DNA of 64,000 nucleotides from an uncultured Chloroflexia bacterium (GTDB taxonomy: Bacteria; Chloroflexota; Limnocylindria; Limnocylindrales; CSP1-4), in NCBI GenBank assembly GCA_963713975.1, contig OY970218.1:736001-800000 (forward strand), written 5' to 3'. Below, in pieces: positions 9,093-18,037 of the stretch; the stretch's first letter is position 1; each line of letters opens with the position of its first letter. The translations under genes were made by a program, and so were the position numbers. Below the pieces are notes generated by a model. The model saw nothing but the letters and a program-made list of their open reading frames with translations. It was not told the DNA's origin and searched no databases.

Positions 9093-10675
9093 CGTGAGAC
9101 CAGGCGGGCCGATGCCCGGTGAATGGCCGCAAGGAGCGCGGCGCCACCGCCGGACGGCGTCAGGAGGTTCGGCTGTGCGGAGCCCACCTCGAGCGTCGGG
9201 TACAGCGTGACCTGGGCCACCCGGGTGCCACTGAACGTGAGCTCGACGAGGATGCCCTGCTGCGTCCGCGCGTCGTGCACGAGGCCGAACACGAGGTCGC
9301 CCATGGAGTAGACGACGGGCCGGTTGCCGAACAGCCGGATGGGACCGGCCCAGTGGGAGTGCCCGCCAAGAACCGCGTCAGCGCCCGCCTTCAGGATCGC
9401 CGGAGCGAGCTTCGCCTGCTGGGCGTTCAGCCGGTCCGTGTACTCCGTACCCCAGTGGGGCACGACGATCACCACGTCGGCACCGGCCCGACGCGCCTTC
9501 CCGATGTCCGCACGCACGGCCGACAGCGTGAGGCCGGCCGCACCGGCCGAAGTGGCGGTGGCCTGGGGCGCCCCACCGATCCCGTTGTAGGCCAGGATGG
9601 CGATCCGGAAGCCGGACGCGGTCAGCCAGGCCGGCCGGCGGGACTGGGTCCTGGTTCGTCCTGCGCCGGCGTGACGGATCCCGAGCGCGTCCAGGTTTCG
9701 GATCGTGTCCCGGATCCCACTCGCGCCCCAGTTGCGGATGTGGTTGTTGGCAACCGAGACGACATCGATCCCGGCGTTGCGGAGGCCCTTGAGGAGGCGT
9801 GGGTCCATCGAGAAGGTGAACCCGGTGGGGTGGTAGCGGAAGTTGTCCGGCGCGGGACCCTCGAGGTTGACCAGCGCCACGTCGGCGCGGCGGAGGAGCG
9901 TCCTGACAGCGCCATTCCTGCTGATCCGGGCGCCCCGCACGATCCGGAAGCCCGGATAGCCGCAGCAGTAGCGGTCCGCGATCCTGGCCGTGCCACCGTT
10001 CCATGGATAGTCGGCACCCAGGCCGTCGATCACCGTGCGCCGGTAGACGGTGCGGTCCAGCATCACGTCGCCGCCCGCAACGAGGGTCCATGCCTCGGAC
10101 GACCGGTACGTGGACGGCGCGGATCCCTCCGGTTCCGCGACCAGCAGCGGCCAGTTGGCGAGGTCGCGGACCCTCGACCCGCCGAACAGGCTGGCGCCGT
10201 CGACACCGAGCGCGCGGACCGAGGACGTGACGTCCTCCGCGCGAAGGAACCCCAGTGCACTGGGCGATGACGCCAGCGTCGCCCGGATCGCGGCCGGCGT
10301 GGCGGTGTGGACATTCGGCCCGGGGCGCACGTTCAGCAAGGCGGCGAGCGCCGGCAGGTCTGCCGCCGGGACCAGGACCCGGCGTGGGTCCTTGCCCTTG
10401 CCGGCGACGGCGGCGACCAGGGCACTCCGTCCGATGGATCGCTCGGTCGACCAGAACCCTGTCACGGGCACCATCGGAACCAGCACCGGCGACACCGCGA
10501 CAGCGGGCACGACACCCGGGACCGCCGCGGGCAGCCCGGCCGACAGCACACGGGCCGGGCCGGCCGGGCGCGCAGGAGCCTCCGCATGGGTGCTGGCCGC
10601 GCAGCCGGCGAGCGTCGCGGCAAGCAGTAGCGCCGCGACCATCCTCGGCGCGGACCGGCTCTTCTGGCTGCTCAC
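9089..10675 (-). CDS. CapA-family metallophosphoesterase, predicted lipoprotein
   Basis: Lipobox LAGC. AGGDVML, NLEGP, VSVANNH, VVPHWGTEY, GGHSHW, YSMGD. Confidence 0.88.
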   Translation of the reverse strand: MSSQKSRSAPRMVAALLLAATLAGCAASTHAEAPARPAGPARVLSAGLPAAVPGVVPAVAVSPVLVPMVPVTGFWSTERSIGRSALVAAVAGKGKDPRRVLVPAADLPALAALLNVRPGPNVHTATPAAIRATLASSPSALGFLRAEDVTSSVRALGVDGASLFGGSRVRDLANWPLLVAEPEGSAPSTYRSSEAWTLVAGGDVMLDRTVYRRTVIDGLGADYPWNGGTARIADRYCCGYPGFRIVRGARISRNGAVRTLLRRADVALVNLEGPAPDNFRYHPTGFTFSMDPRLLKGLRNAGIDVVSVANNHIRNWGASGIRDTIRNLDALGIRHAGAGRTRTQSRRPAWLTASGFRIAILAYNGIGGAPQATATSAGAAGLTLSAVRADIGKARRAGADVVIVVPHWGTEYTDRLNAQQAKLAPAILKAGADAVLGGHSHWAGPIRLFGNRPVVYSMGDLVFGLVHDARTQQGILVELTFSGTRVAQVTLYPTLEVGSAQPNLLTPSGGGAALLAAIHRASARLVSR

Positions 10676-11826
10676 TGGCCGGCGATCTCCCGCATGGCGA
10701 TCACGGCGCGATCGATGTCGTCGCCCGTGGTGAACATACCGAGGCTGAAGCGCACCGCCCCCCGGTCAATGGTCCCGAGGTCCCGATGGACGAGCGGCGC
10801 GCAGTGCACGCCAACCCGCACGGCGATGCCGTAGTCGCCGTCGAGGATCGAACCCACGTCCTGCGGGTGGATGCCGTCCACGTTGGCGGTCAGGACCGCG
10901 ACGTGATCGGCGAGGTCGTCCGCCGCATAGAGGGTCACGCCGGCGATCGCCGCGAGGCCGTCCCGCAGGCTGGTCAGCAGGCTGGTCTCCCGGGCATGGA
11001 TGACGTCGAGGCCCTCGCCCTCCACGAACCCCAGGCCCGCAAGGAGGCCGATCACCCCCAGCAGGTTGAGGGTGCCCGCCTCGAGCCGGAGCGGGTATGT
11101 GCGGCTGTGGTCGAGGCTGGCGGAATCCATGCCCGTGCCGCCGAAGCGGGTCGTACCGACATCCAGGTCGGGCCGCAGGACCAGCCCGCCGATCCCGGTG
11201 GGCCCGTAGAGCGACTTGTGCCCGGTGAAGACGACGCCGGCGACGCCGAGCGCCGCCATGTCGACCGGGACCTGCCCCGCGGACTGGGCGGCATCGATGA
11301 CGACGGGGACGTCACGCTCGGCACACAGGCGGGCGATCTCGCCAACCGGCTGGACGGTGCCAAGGACGTTCGAGGCGTGGGTCATCACGACCAGGCGCGT
11401 CCGTGGTCCCAGCAGCCCGGCGACGGCGTCCGGGTCCACGATCCCCTGCCCGTCGAACGGAGCCGCGTCCCACGTGATCACGCCCGTCTCCGCCAGGTGA
11501 TGGAGCGGACGCAGCACGGAGTTGTGGTCGAGCCGCGTGGTGATGACGTGGTCGCCGGGACGGACCAGACCGCCGATCACGGTGTTCAGCGCGTCGGTGG
11601 CGTTGGCGCCGAAGACCACGCGGTCGGGATCGGGAGCGTCGAAGAAACGGGCGACCCGGGCCCGGGCCTCGTCCACCAGCTCGCCCGCCTGCGCCGCCAG
11701 GTCGTGGTTGCCCCGCCCGGGCGAGGCACCCAGGCGCCGGTACGTCGCGACCATCGCCTCCAGGGTCCCGGGCGCCTTGGGAAACGTGGTCGCGGCGTTG
11801 TCGAGATAGACGAGGTGATCGGTCAC
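10672..11826 (-). CDS. Cysteine desulfurase family (class V PLP enzyme, SufS-like)
   Basis: YLDNAATTFPK, HNSVLRP, THASNVLG, DAAQSAG, TGHKSLYGPTGIG, catalytic-loop Cys in RVGVHCAP. Confidence 0.92.
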   Translation of the reverse strand: MTDHLVYLDNAATTFPKAPGTLEAMVATYRRLGASPGRGNHDLAAQAGELVDEARARVARFFDAPDPDRVVFGANATDALNTVIGGLVRPGDHVITTRLDHNSVLRPLHHLAETGVITWDAAPFDGQGIVDPDAVAGLLGPRTRLVVMTHASNVLGTVQPVGEIARLCAERDVPVVIDAAQSAGQVPVDMAALGVAGVVFTGHKSLYGPTGIGGLVLRPDLDVGTTRFGGTGMDSASLDHSRTYPLRLEAGTLNLLGVIGLLAGLGFVEGEGLDVIHARETSLLTSLRDGLAAIAGVTLYAADDLADHVAVLTANVDGIHPQDVGSILDGDYGIAVRVGVHCAPLVHRDLGTIDRGAVRFSLGMFTTGDDIDRAVIAMREIAGQ

Positions 11827-11838
11827 GGCTCGGGTCCG

Positions 11839-12180
11839 TCAGTCCAGACACGTCTTGGGATTGGGCAGCCCGGCGAGGCGCCGCGCCCCCATCTTGATGC
11901 CATCCGGGAACAGGTGCTCGAGCCTGAGCAACGGCAGGTCCGTCCCGGCCTTGAGGTCGCGGTTCATCGGCGCGCGTCCGTTGTCCAGGTAGTAGCGGCG
12001 CATGAAGTGGAGGACGTGCCAGTGCACGTCGTCGAGGCGCTCCATGCCGCTCTCACGGGCGAGCTCCTCGGCGGCCACCTCGGACCAGTCGTCTGCATCC
12101 CAGAAGAACCCCTCGTCATCGAACCAGACGTCGCGGCCCGCGACCGCGCGCTGGACGCGCGACCGTGCCGGTTCCGCCAC
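11839..12180 (-). CDS. TusE/DsrC/DsvC-family sulfur-relay protein
   Basis: DDEGFFWDADDWSE.AAEELA, HWHVLHFMRRYY, LEHLFP, C-terminal RLAGLPNPKTCLD. Confidence 0.9.
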   Translation of the reverse strand: MAEPARSRVQRAVAGRDVWFDDEGFFWDADDWSEVAAEELARESGMERLDDVHWHVLHFMRRYYLDNGRAPMNRDLKAGTDLPLLRLEHLFPDGIKMGARRLAGLPNPKTCLD

Positions 12181-12190
12181 TGCCCCGGGC

Positions 12191-14884
12191 TCAGGTCGCG
12201 GCAGCGACCGGCTCCGGGGCCGGCACCGCAGCAGCCAGGGCCGTCTTCACCCGCTCCGGCGTGGCCGGCAGCTCGTAGACCATGGCGCCGCAGGCGTCGC
12301 GGATCGCGTTCACGATCGCGGGGGCGGTGGACACCATCGCCATCTCGCCGATGCCGACGGAGCCGAGCGTGCCCAGCTCACGGGGCGTCTCGACGAGGAT
12401 GGTCTCCATGTCCATGGCGTACCGGATGTTGGGGAACTTGAAGGTGATCCAGTCCCTCGACTTGCCGGCCACGTACTCCTCGCGGAGCGCGAACCCGGCA
12501 CCCATGTCCATGCCGCCGTGGAGCTGGCCCTCGACGTTGGCGGGGTGGATCACGACGCCCGGATCGGCGGCCGCCGTGAGCTTGACCACCTTGACCTCGC
12601 CCGTGTCGGTGTTCACCTCGACCTCGGCCATCTGGACCGAGAAGACCTGGACCTCGAACGACGGCCCGAGACCGGTCTCGGGGTCGAGCGGCGCCGTCTC
12701 GAGCGTGGTGCGCTTGCCCGCGTACCGGACGGGCCTGCCGGCGGCCGTGATGGCCTCGTAGGTCCGGGCGCCCACCTCGTCCATCGTCTCGCGTAGCTGC
12801 CGCGCGGCGTCAACCGCGGCCCCGCCGAGCATGTAGGTGGCGCGGCTTCCCGATACCGGGCCCGACGCCGCCGTGTCCGCGGTGCTGCGGGTGCGGAGAC
12901 GCACCCTCGCCGGCGGCAGGTCGAGGACCGATGCCACCAGCTGGCTGATCATGGAGTCGTTGCCCTCGCCCGGGTCGCCGGCGGCGATGTAGACCGTCAC
13001 CCCGTCGTCGGGATCGAGCTCCACGAACCCCATGGACTTGTCGCCCGGCATGGCGATCCCGAACGACGCCGCACCGAGGCCCACGCCCCGGCGGACCGGG
13101 CCGCCGGCGGGCTGGCGCGCCTTGTCGGCGAGCGCGGCCTCATAGCGACCTTCGATCGCGTCGCACAACCCCGGGAACGGCCACTCGGTCACGACGTGCC
13201 CGGTCGCCATCGCCTCGCCCGGCTGGAGCGAGTTGCGGCGCCGGAACTCGAGCGGGTCGATGCCAATCTTCTCGGCCAGCAGGTCCACGGCGCACTCGAG
13301 CGCGTAGTGCGTCTGGGGCGGCCCGGCCCCGCGGGCGGCGCTGCCCCACGGATTGTTGGTGTAGACCAGCCGTGACGTCACGGCCAGGTTCGGGACCAGG
13401 TACGAGCTGGTCAGCATGTGCAGCGCCCGGTTGACGATCACGCGGCCCAGCGACATGTAGGCGCCGTTGTCCACGGTGATGTCCATGGCCATCGCGGTAA
13501 GGCGGCCGTCCGCGTCCGCGGCAAGCCGCGTCTCGACCTCCATGGGATGCCGCTTGGACGACGCGAGCATGGACTCGGCCAGGCTGGGCACATAGCGCAC
13601 CGGACGCCCGAAGTGGAGCGCCGCGGCGCCCGCGATGCCCTCCGTGATGATCTCGACCTTGATTCCGAACTGGCCGCCCGAGAACGGCTCCTCGTAGCGG
13701 ATGGCCTCCCAGCCGAGGGCCTCCTGGAGCGTCGCCATGTGGAGGTGGATGTTGATGCTGCGGCCGACGACGACCAGCTCGGCATCCTCACCCTCCCCCT
13801 CGAGCCAGGCCAGGCTGACCTCGGGCTCCATGGGCGCCTGGTGCACGATCTGGGTCTTGAACCTGGCCGTGACCTCGACGGCCGACGTCGCGAACGCGGC
13901 AGCCGCATCGCCCTTGATGATCGGCTGGCTGTAGCACAGGTTGGGGCTGTCCTCGTGCACCCTCGGGGCGTCATCGGCGAGGGCCGCCGATGGCGAAACG
14001 AGGACCGCGATCGGCTCGTAGTCCACGATCACGGCTTCGGCCGCAGCCAGCGCCTGCGCCCCGGTCTCGGCAGCGACGATCGCGACCGCGTCGCCCAGCG
14101 TTCGCACCTTCGTGTCGCACAGGATGGGTCGGTCCGCGGCCTGGTACTTGAGCCGGTTCGTGCCCTTGATGTCCCTGGCCGTCAGGACGCCCGCGACGCC
14201 GGGCATGGCCGCCGCGGCGGACGTGTCGATGCCGCGGATCCAGGCGTGCGCATGCGGACTGCGGACGGCCGCGATCTCGAGTGCCCCGGGCATCCGGATG
14301 TCCGCGCCAAAGCGGGCCGTGCCGGTGGCCTTGGCCATGGCCGACGGTCGGGGGAACGAGGTCCCGATCGCGGGCGCATCGGCCGGTGGCACGAGGTCCG
14401 CGGGCGTCACCTCACCGCGCAGGAAGCGTCCGGCCAGCTGGACGGCGTCGATGATCTTGACGTAGCCGGTGCAGCGGCAGAGGTTGCGGCGCAGCGCACG
14501 CTTGACTTCGTCCCGCGTGGGGTTGGGGTTGCCCGCCAGCAGCTCCTCCGCCGTCACGATCATGCCCGGGATGCAGAAGCCACACTGGACGGCGCCGGCC
14601 AGGACGAAGGCCTGCTGCACGAGGTTGGGCCGATCCGGCGTGCCCAGGCCCTCGATCGTGACGACCTCGGCGCCGTCGAGCGGCGCGACCTTGGTGATGC
14701 ACGACAGGACGGCCTTGCCGTTCACCAGCACCATGCAGGTCCCGCACTGGCCCTTGCGGTCACAGGACTGCTTGGTCCCGGTCAGGCCGAGGTCGTCACG
14801 GACGACGTCGAGCAGGATGGTCTCCCGCTCGTCGGCCACGATCTCGACGGGCCGTGCGTTGACGGTGAGGCTGACCTTCTTCAC
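12191..14884 (-). CDS. Single-chain molybdopterin aldehyde oxidoreductase (Mop/xanthine oxidase family, N-terminal 2x[2Fe-2S])
   Basis: GTG after GGAGGG. GTKQSCDRKGQCGTC, QCGFCIPG, NLCRCTGY, SAARGAG, and VGIGE (catalytic Glu). 897 aa, no FAD domain. Confidence 0.92.
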   Translation of the reverse strand: MKKVSLTVNARPVEIVADERETILLDVVRDDLGLTGTKQSCDRKGQCGTCMVLVNGKAVLSCITKVAPLDGAEVVTIEGLGTPDRPNLVQQAFVLAGAVQCGFCIPGMIVTAEELLAGNPNPTRDEVKRALRRNLCRCTGYVKIIDAVQLAGRFLRGEVTPADLVPPADAPAIGTSFPRPSAMAKATGTARFGADIRMPGALEIAAVRSPHAHAWIRGIDTSAAAAMPGVAGVLTARDIKGTNRLKYQAADRPILCDTKVRTLGDAVAIVAAETGAQALAAAEAVIVDYEPIAVLVSPSAALADDAPRVHEDSPNLCYSQPIIKGDAAAAFATSAVEVTARFKTQIVHQAPMEPEVSLAWLEGEGEDAELVVVGRSINIHLHMATLQEALGWEAIRYEEPFSGGQFGIKVEIITEGIAGAAALHFGRPVRYVPSLAESMLASSKRHPMEVETRLAADADGRLTAMAMDITVDNGAYMSLGRVIVNRALHMLTSSYLVPNLAVTSRLVYTNNPWGSAARGAGPPQTHYALECAVDLLAEKIGIDPLEFRRRNSLQPGEAMATGHVVTEWPFPGLCDAIEGRYEAALADKARQPAGGPVRRGVGLGAASFGIAMPGDKSMGFVELDPDDGVTVYIAAGDPGEGNDSMISQLVASVLDLPPARVRLRTRSTADTAASGPVSGSRATYMLGGAAVDAARQLRETMDEVGARTYEAITAAGRPVRYAGKRTTLETAPLDPETGLGPSFEVQVFSVQMAEVEVNTDTGEVKVVKLTAAADPGVVIHPANVEGQLHGGMDMGAGFALREEYVAGKSRDWITFKFPNIRYAMDMETILVETPRELGTLGSVGIGEMAMVSTAPAIVNAIRDACGAMVYELPATPERVKTALAAAVPAPEPVAAAT

Positions 14885-15101
14885 GAGACGCTGGTCCCTC
14901 CGGGCTCCAGGCTCACCGGGCACCATGCGCCGGTGGCGGCGGGCGAGTCCCTCCGCTGATGACAGGAGCCGATCGTAGTCGGGGCCGGTGCCGCTCACGA
15001 TGAGCCGGACGGCCCGTCGTCGTGGCCCACCCGGGCCACCGGAGCGAGCCGGCCCACGGTGCGTCATCGACGCGTCACGCACGGGCGCGATGCTGCCGGA
15101 C

Positions 15102-16433
15102 ATGCTCCTCACCCTGGCATTCGCGGCGCTCGCGGGGCTGCTCACGATCCTGAGCCCTTGCGTGCTGCCCGTCATCCCGCTCATCGTGGGCGCCGCGGCC
15201 GGGCGCGATGGGCGCGACGACGCATCGTCCGGCATGCGCCGCGTCGCAGGGATCGCCCTTGGCTTCGGGGCGGCGTTCATCGTCGGAACCATCCTGCTCG
15301 CCTCCACGCTCGCGGCCGCCGGCGTGACGACGAGCCAGCTGCGCACGGCAAGCGCGCTCCTGCTGGTGGCCTTCGGGGCGACGCTCGCCTTCCCGGCCCT
15401 TGGTCGCCTCGTCGAACGGTGGGCGAGCCGGGCGACCTCGAAGCGGGCGACGGGGCTCGCCCCCGCCTCGAGCGGGTTCGCCGGCGGTGTCGCCCTCGGC
15501 GCGGCCATCGGGCTCATCTGGTCCCCGTGCGTCGGGCCGATCATGGCGAGCGTCATCGCGACGGCGGTCTCCGCCGGACCCACGGCAGACGCCATCCTGG
15601 TCTCGCTGGCCTACGTGATCGGCGTGACCGTGCCGCTGGCCGCGATCGCGCTCGGCGGCCGGGGCGCGGTACGGCGGCTCGGGAGTGCGGAGCGCCGCTC
15701 CACGCTGGTTCGGGTGTTCGGCGGCCTGACCATGGCCGGCGGCCTGCTCGTAATCACCGGTCTGGACATCCCGCTGCAGACCCGGGTGGCGGCCATGCTG
15801 CCCGACGACTGGACCCGCGCGGTCGCGGCCGTGGGTGAGGGACCGGTGGCGGGTGGTGCGGAGGCACTGCCCGGCGGGGCTTCGGCGGACGGCGGGTCAG
15901 CCGATCCGGCCCGCGAGCCACTGCTGAACGTCGACGGGCGCCCGCTGCCCGCCCCCGTCGCCGACGCGCTGCCGGCCGCGGTCCCGCTCGAGGACCTGGG
16001 ACCGGCTCCGGAGCTGACGGGGATCTCGGACTGGATCAACTCGGATCCGCTGACGCTCAAATCCCTGCGCGGCAAGGTGGTCCTCGTGCACTTCTGGACC
16101 TTCGGCTGCATTAACTGCGTCCACGTCCAGCCGTACGTGAAGGCCTGGTACGACCGATATGCCGACGCCGGCCTCGTCGTGCTCGCCGTCCACACGCCGG
16201 AGCTGTCCTACGAGCGGGACGTGGCGAACGTCCGCGACGCGGTGGCCCGCGAGGACGTCAGGTATCCGGTGCCGATCGACCCCGGCTTCGCCACGTGGAA
16301 GGCGTACGGGAACCGCTACTGGCCCGCCTTCTACTTCGTGGACCGCGAGGGACGGATCCGCCACGTGGCGGCGGGCGAGGGCCGCTACGACACCAGCGAG
16401 CAGGTGATCCGGGAGCTGCTGGCGGGCTTCTGA
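15102..16433 (+). CDS. DipZ-like protein (CcdA membrane domain plus thioredoxin/redoxin domain)
   Basis: TILSPCVLPVIP, WSPCVGPI, then FWTFGCINC, VHTPEL, YGNRYWPAFYFVD. Confidence 0.9.
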   Translation: MLLTLAFAALAGLLTILSPCVLPVIPLIVGAAAGRDGRDDASSGMRRVAGIALGFGAAFIVGTILLASTLAAAGVTTSQLRTASALLLVAFGATLAFPALGRLVERWASRATSKRATGLAPASSGFAGGVALGAAIGLIWSPCVGPIMASVIATAVSAGPTADAILVSLAYVIGVTVPLAAIALGGRGAVRRLGSAERRSTLVRVFGGLTMAGGLLVITGLDIPLQTRVAAMLPDDWTRAVAAVGEGPVAGGAEALPGGASADGGSADPAREPLLNVDGRPLPAPVADALPAAVPLEDLGPAPELTGISDWINSDPLTLKSLRGKVVLVHFWTFGCINCVHVQPYVKAWYDRYADAGLVVLAVHTPELSYERDVANVRDAVAREDVRYPVPIDPGFATWKAYGNRYWPAFYFVDREGRIRHVAAGEGRYDTSEQVIRELLAGF

Positions 16434-16453
16434 TCCACGACCGCCGGGCGTGA

Positions 16454-18037
16454 TCAGAGCTGCTTGTAGCGCGGCCCCTCGCCGCCCTCGGGCGGCACCC
16501 ACTTGATCGCGTCGGCCGGGCACTTCACCGTGCACGACATGCAGTGGAGGCAGTTCGACGGCGAGAGCACGATCTCAGACCCGCTCCAGCGGTAGACCTG
16601 GCCGGGGCAGAAGTGCGTGCACGCGTTCGCGTAGTCCGCCTCGCAGCTGACGCATTGCTGCGCATCCGTGATGGTGATGTGCGGCGGCTCGTCCTCACGG
16701 TGGATGGTCCCCGTCAGCGCGACGAACGTCGCCCCGTCCATGCGTCCCGGGTCGGGCCGGTTCAGCCGGGCACCCTTCCTCGTCGCCGCTCCGTCGCGGT
16801 GGATCCCCAGCCGGGCCGGGATCTTCGACTGGATGAGCGAGAGCGGCGTGCCCACGAACAGGCCGTACTTGAAGACCTGGCGGTAGTTGCGGGCGTGCTT
16901 GAACTCGGCCAGCATGCCGCTCGCCTCGAGCCGGGCGCGGTAGCCGTCCAGCGGGCCGACGGTCCCATCCGGGCCGAGCGCCTCGAGCGCGGTGTCCGCG
17001 GCCGCCATCCCGGAGCGGATCGCGTAGTGGATCCCCTTGATCTTCTCCATGTTGACGAAGCCGGCGCCGTCGCCGGTGACCATCGCGCCGGGGGCGGACA
17101 GGGCGCCCATCGCTTCGACCCCGCCCTCCGGGATCGTCTTGGCACCTGTGGCCACCGTCACGCCGCCCTCGAGCAGCCGGCTGATGAACGGGTGCGCCCG
17201 GAAGGTCTCGAACTCGCGCTGCGGGTTGAGGTCGCCGTACTTCCAGTCGAGGCCCAGGATCAGGCCGACGGCGACGGTCTTCTCGCCCATCGCATACAGG
17301 AAGCCACCGCCGAAGACGCTGGGCGGGTTCGGGTAGCCAAGCGTGTGCATGACCCGGTTGGTGCCGAACGGGCTTGCCTCCGGGAACTGGACGATGGCCT
17401 TCATGCCCAGCGAGTAGACCTGCGGGTTCGCCCCGCCGCCGAAGGCCTGGGTGAACTCGGTCGAGAGCACACCGTGCGTGCCGTCCGCGAGGATCGTGAT
17501 CGGGGCGCGGATCTCCTCGGCCGGAAGGTGATTGCCCTTGGGCGTGCCGTCCTGGGCGAGCCCGACGTCTGCGAGCCGGACGCCACGGACGACGCCGTCC
17601 TCGATGATCAGCGTGCGCGCCGTGTAGCCGTGATAGACCTCGACGCCGGCCGCCTCCGCCTGCTCCGCGAGGAACTGGGCCAGCCGCGATACGGAGATGA
17701 TGTAGTCGCCGGCGTGGTGCATGCGCGGCGGCACGACCCGGGCCGGGATGCGGTTGGCGGCCTTCGCCCGCAGGAAGTACATGTCGTCGCGTTCGACCGG
17801 GACCAGGCCGGCCGTGAACGGATGGCGGATGTCCTTCCAGCCGGGCAGCAGGTCGTCCAGGCAGGCGGCCTCGAACGCCGCGCCGGACAGCGTGTGGTTG
17901 CCGGCTGCGGGAGCCTTGTCGATCACCGCGACCGCCAGCTCCCGGCCGGCGGCGGCCGCCTGCTGCCGGGTGCGGATCGCAGCTGCCAGGCCGGCCGGGC
18001 CGGCGCCGACGACGAGGACGTCGATGCCATCCATCAC
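16454..18037 (-). CDS. ETF:quinone oxidoreductase (FixC-like) with a C-terminal FixX-like ferredoxin domain
   Basis: VVGAGPAGL, HTLSGA, GAKTIPEGG, GDGAGFVNMEKIKGIH. The C-terminus has 8 Cys: CVSC-x7-CTHFCP and CLHCMSCTVKCP. Confidence 0.9.
   Translation of the reverse strand: MMDGIDVLVVGAGPAGLAAAIRTRQQAAAAGRELAVAVIDKAPAAGNHTLSGAAFEAACLDDLLPGWKDIRHPFTAGLVPVERDDMYFLRAKAANRIPARVVPPRMHHAGDYIISVSRLAQFLAEQAEAAGVEVYHGYTARTLIIEDGVVRGVRLADVGLAQDGTPKGNHLPAEEIRAPITILADGTHGVLSTEFTQAFGGGANPQVYSLGMKAIVQFPEASPFGTNRVMHTLGYPNPPSVFGGGFLYAMGEKTVAVGLILGLDWKYGDLNPQREFETFRAHPFISRLLEGGVTVATGAKTIPEGGVEAMGALSAPGAMVTGDGAGFVNMEKIKGIHYAIRSGMAAADTALEALGPDGTVGPLDGYRARLEASGMLAEFKHARNYRQVFKYGLFVGTPLSLIQSKIPARLGIHRDGAATRKGARLNRPDPGRMDGATFVALTGTIHREDEPPHITITDAQQCVSCEADYANACTHFCPGQVYRWSGSEIVLSPSNCLHCMSCTVKCPADAIKWVPPEGGEGPRYKQL

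Noticed and set aside
11839-12180. Dissimilatory sulfur metabolism (DsrC)
   Set aside because: It lacks the second conserved Cys, and no dsrAB/dsrMK genes are in the window.
12191-15595. ORF-track N-terminal extensions suggesting larger fusions (AOR 1134 aa, ETF 790 aa, ADH 860 aa, IolD 777 aa)
   Set aside because: The extensions overlap other genes or promoters. Family motifs and RBSs begin at the downstream starts I annotated.
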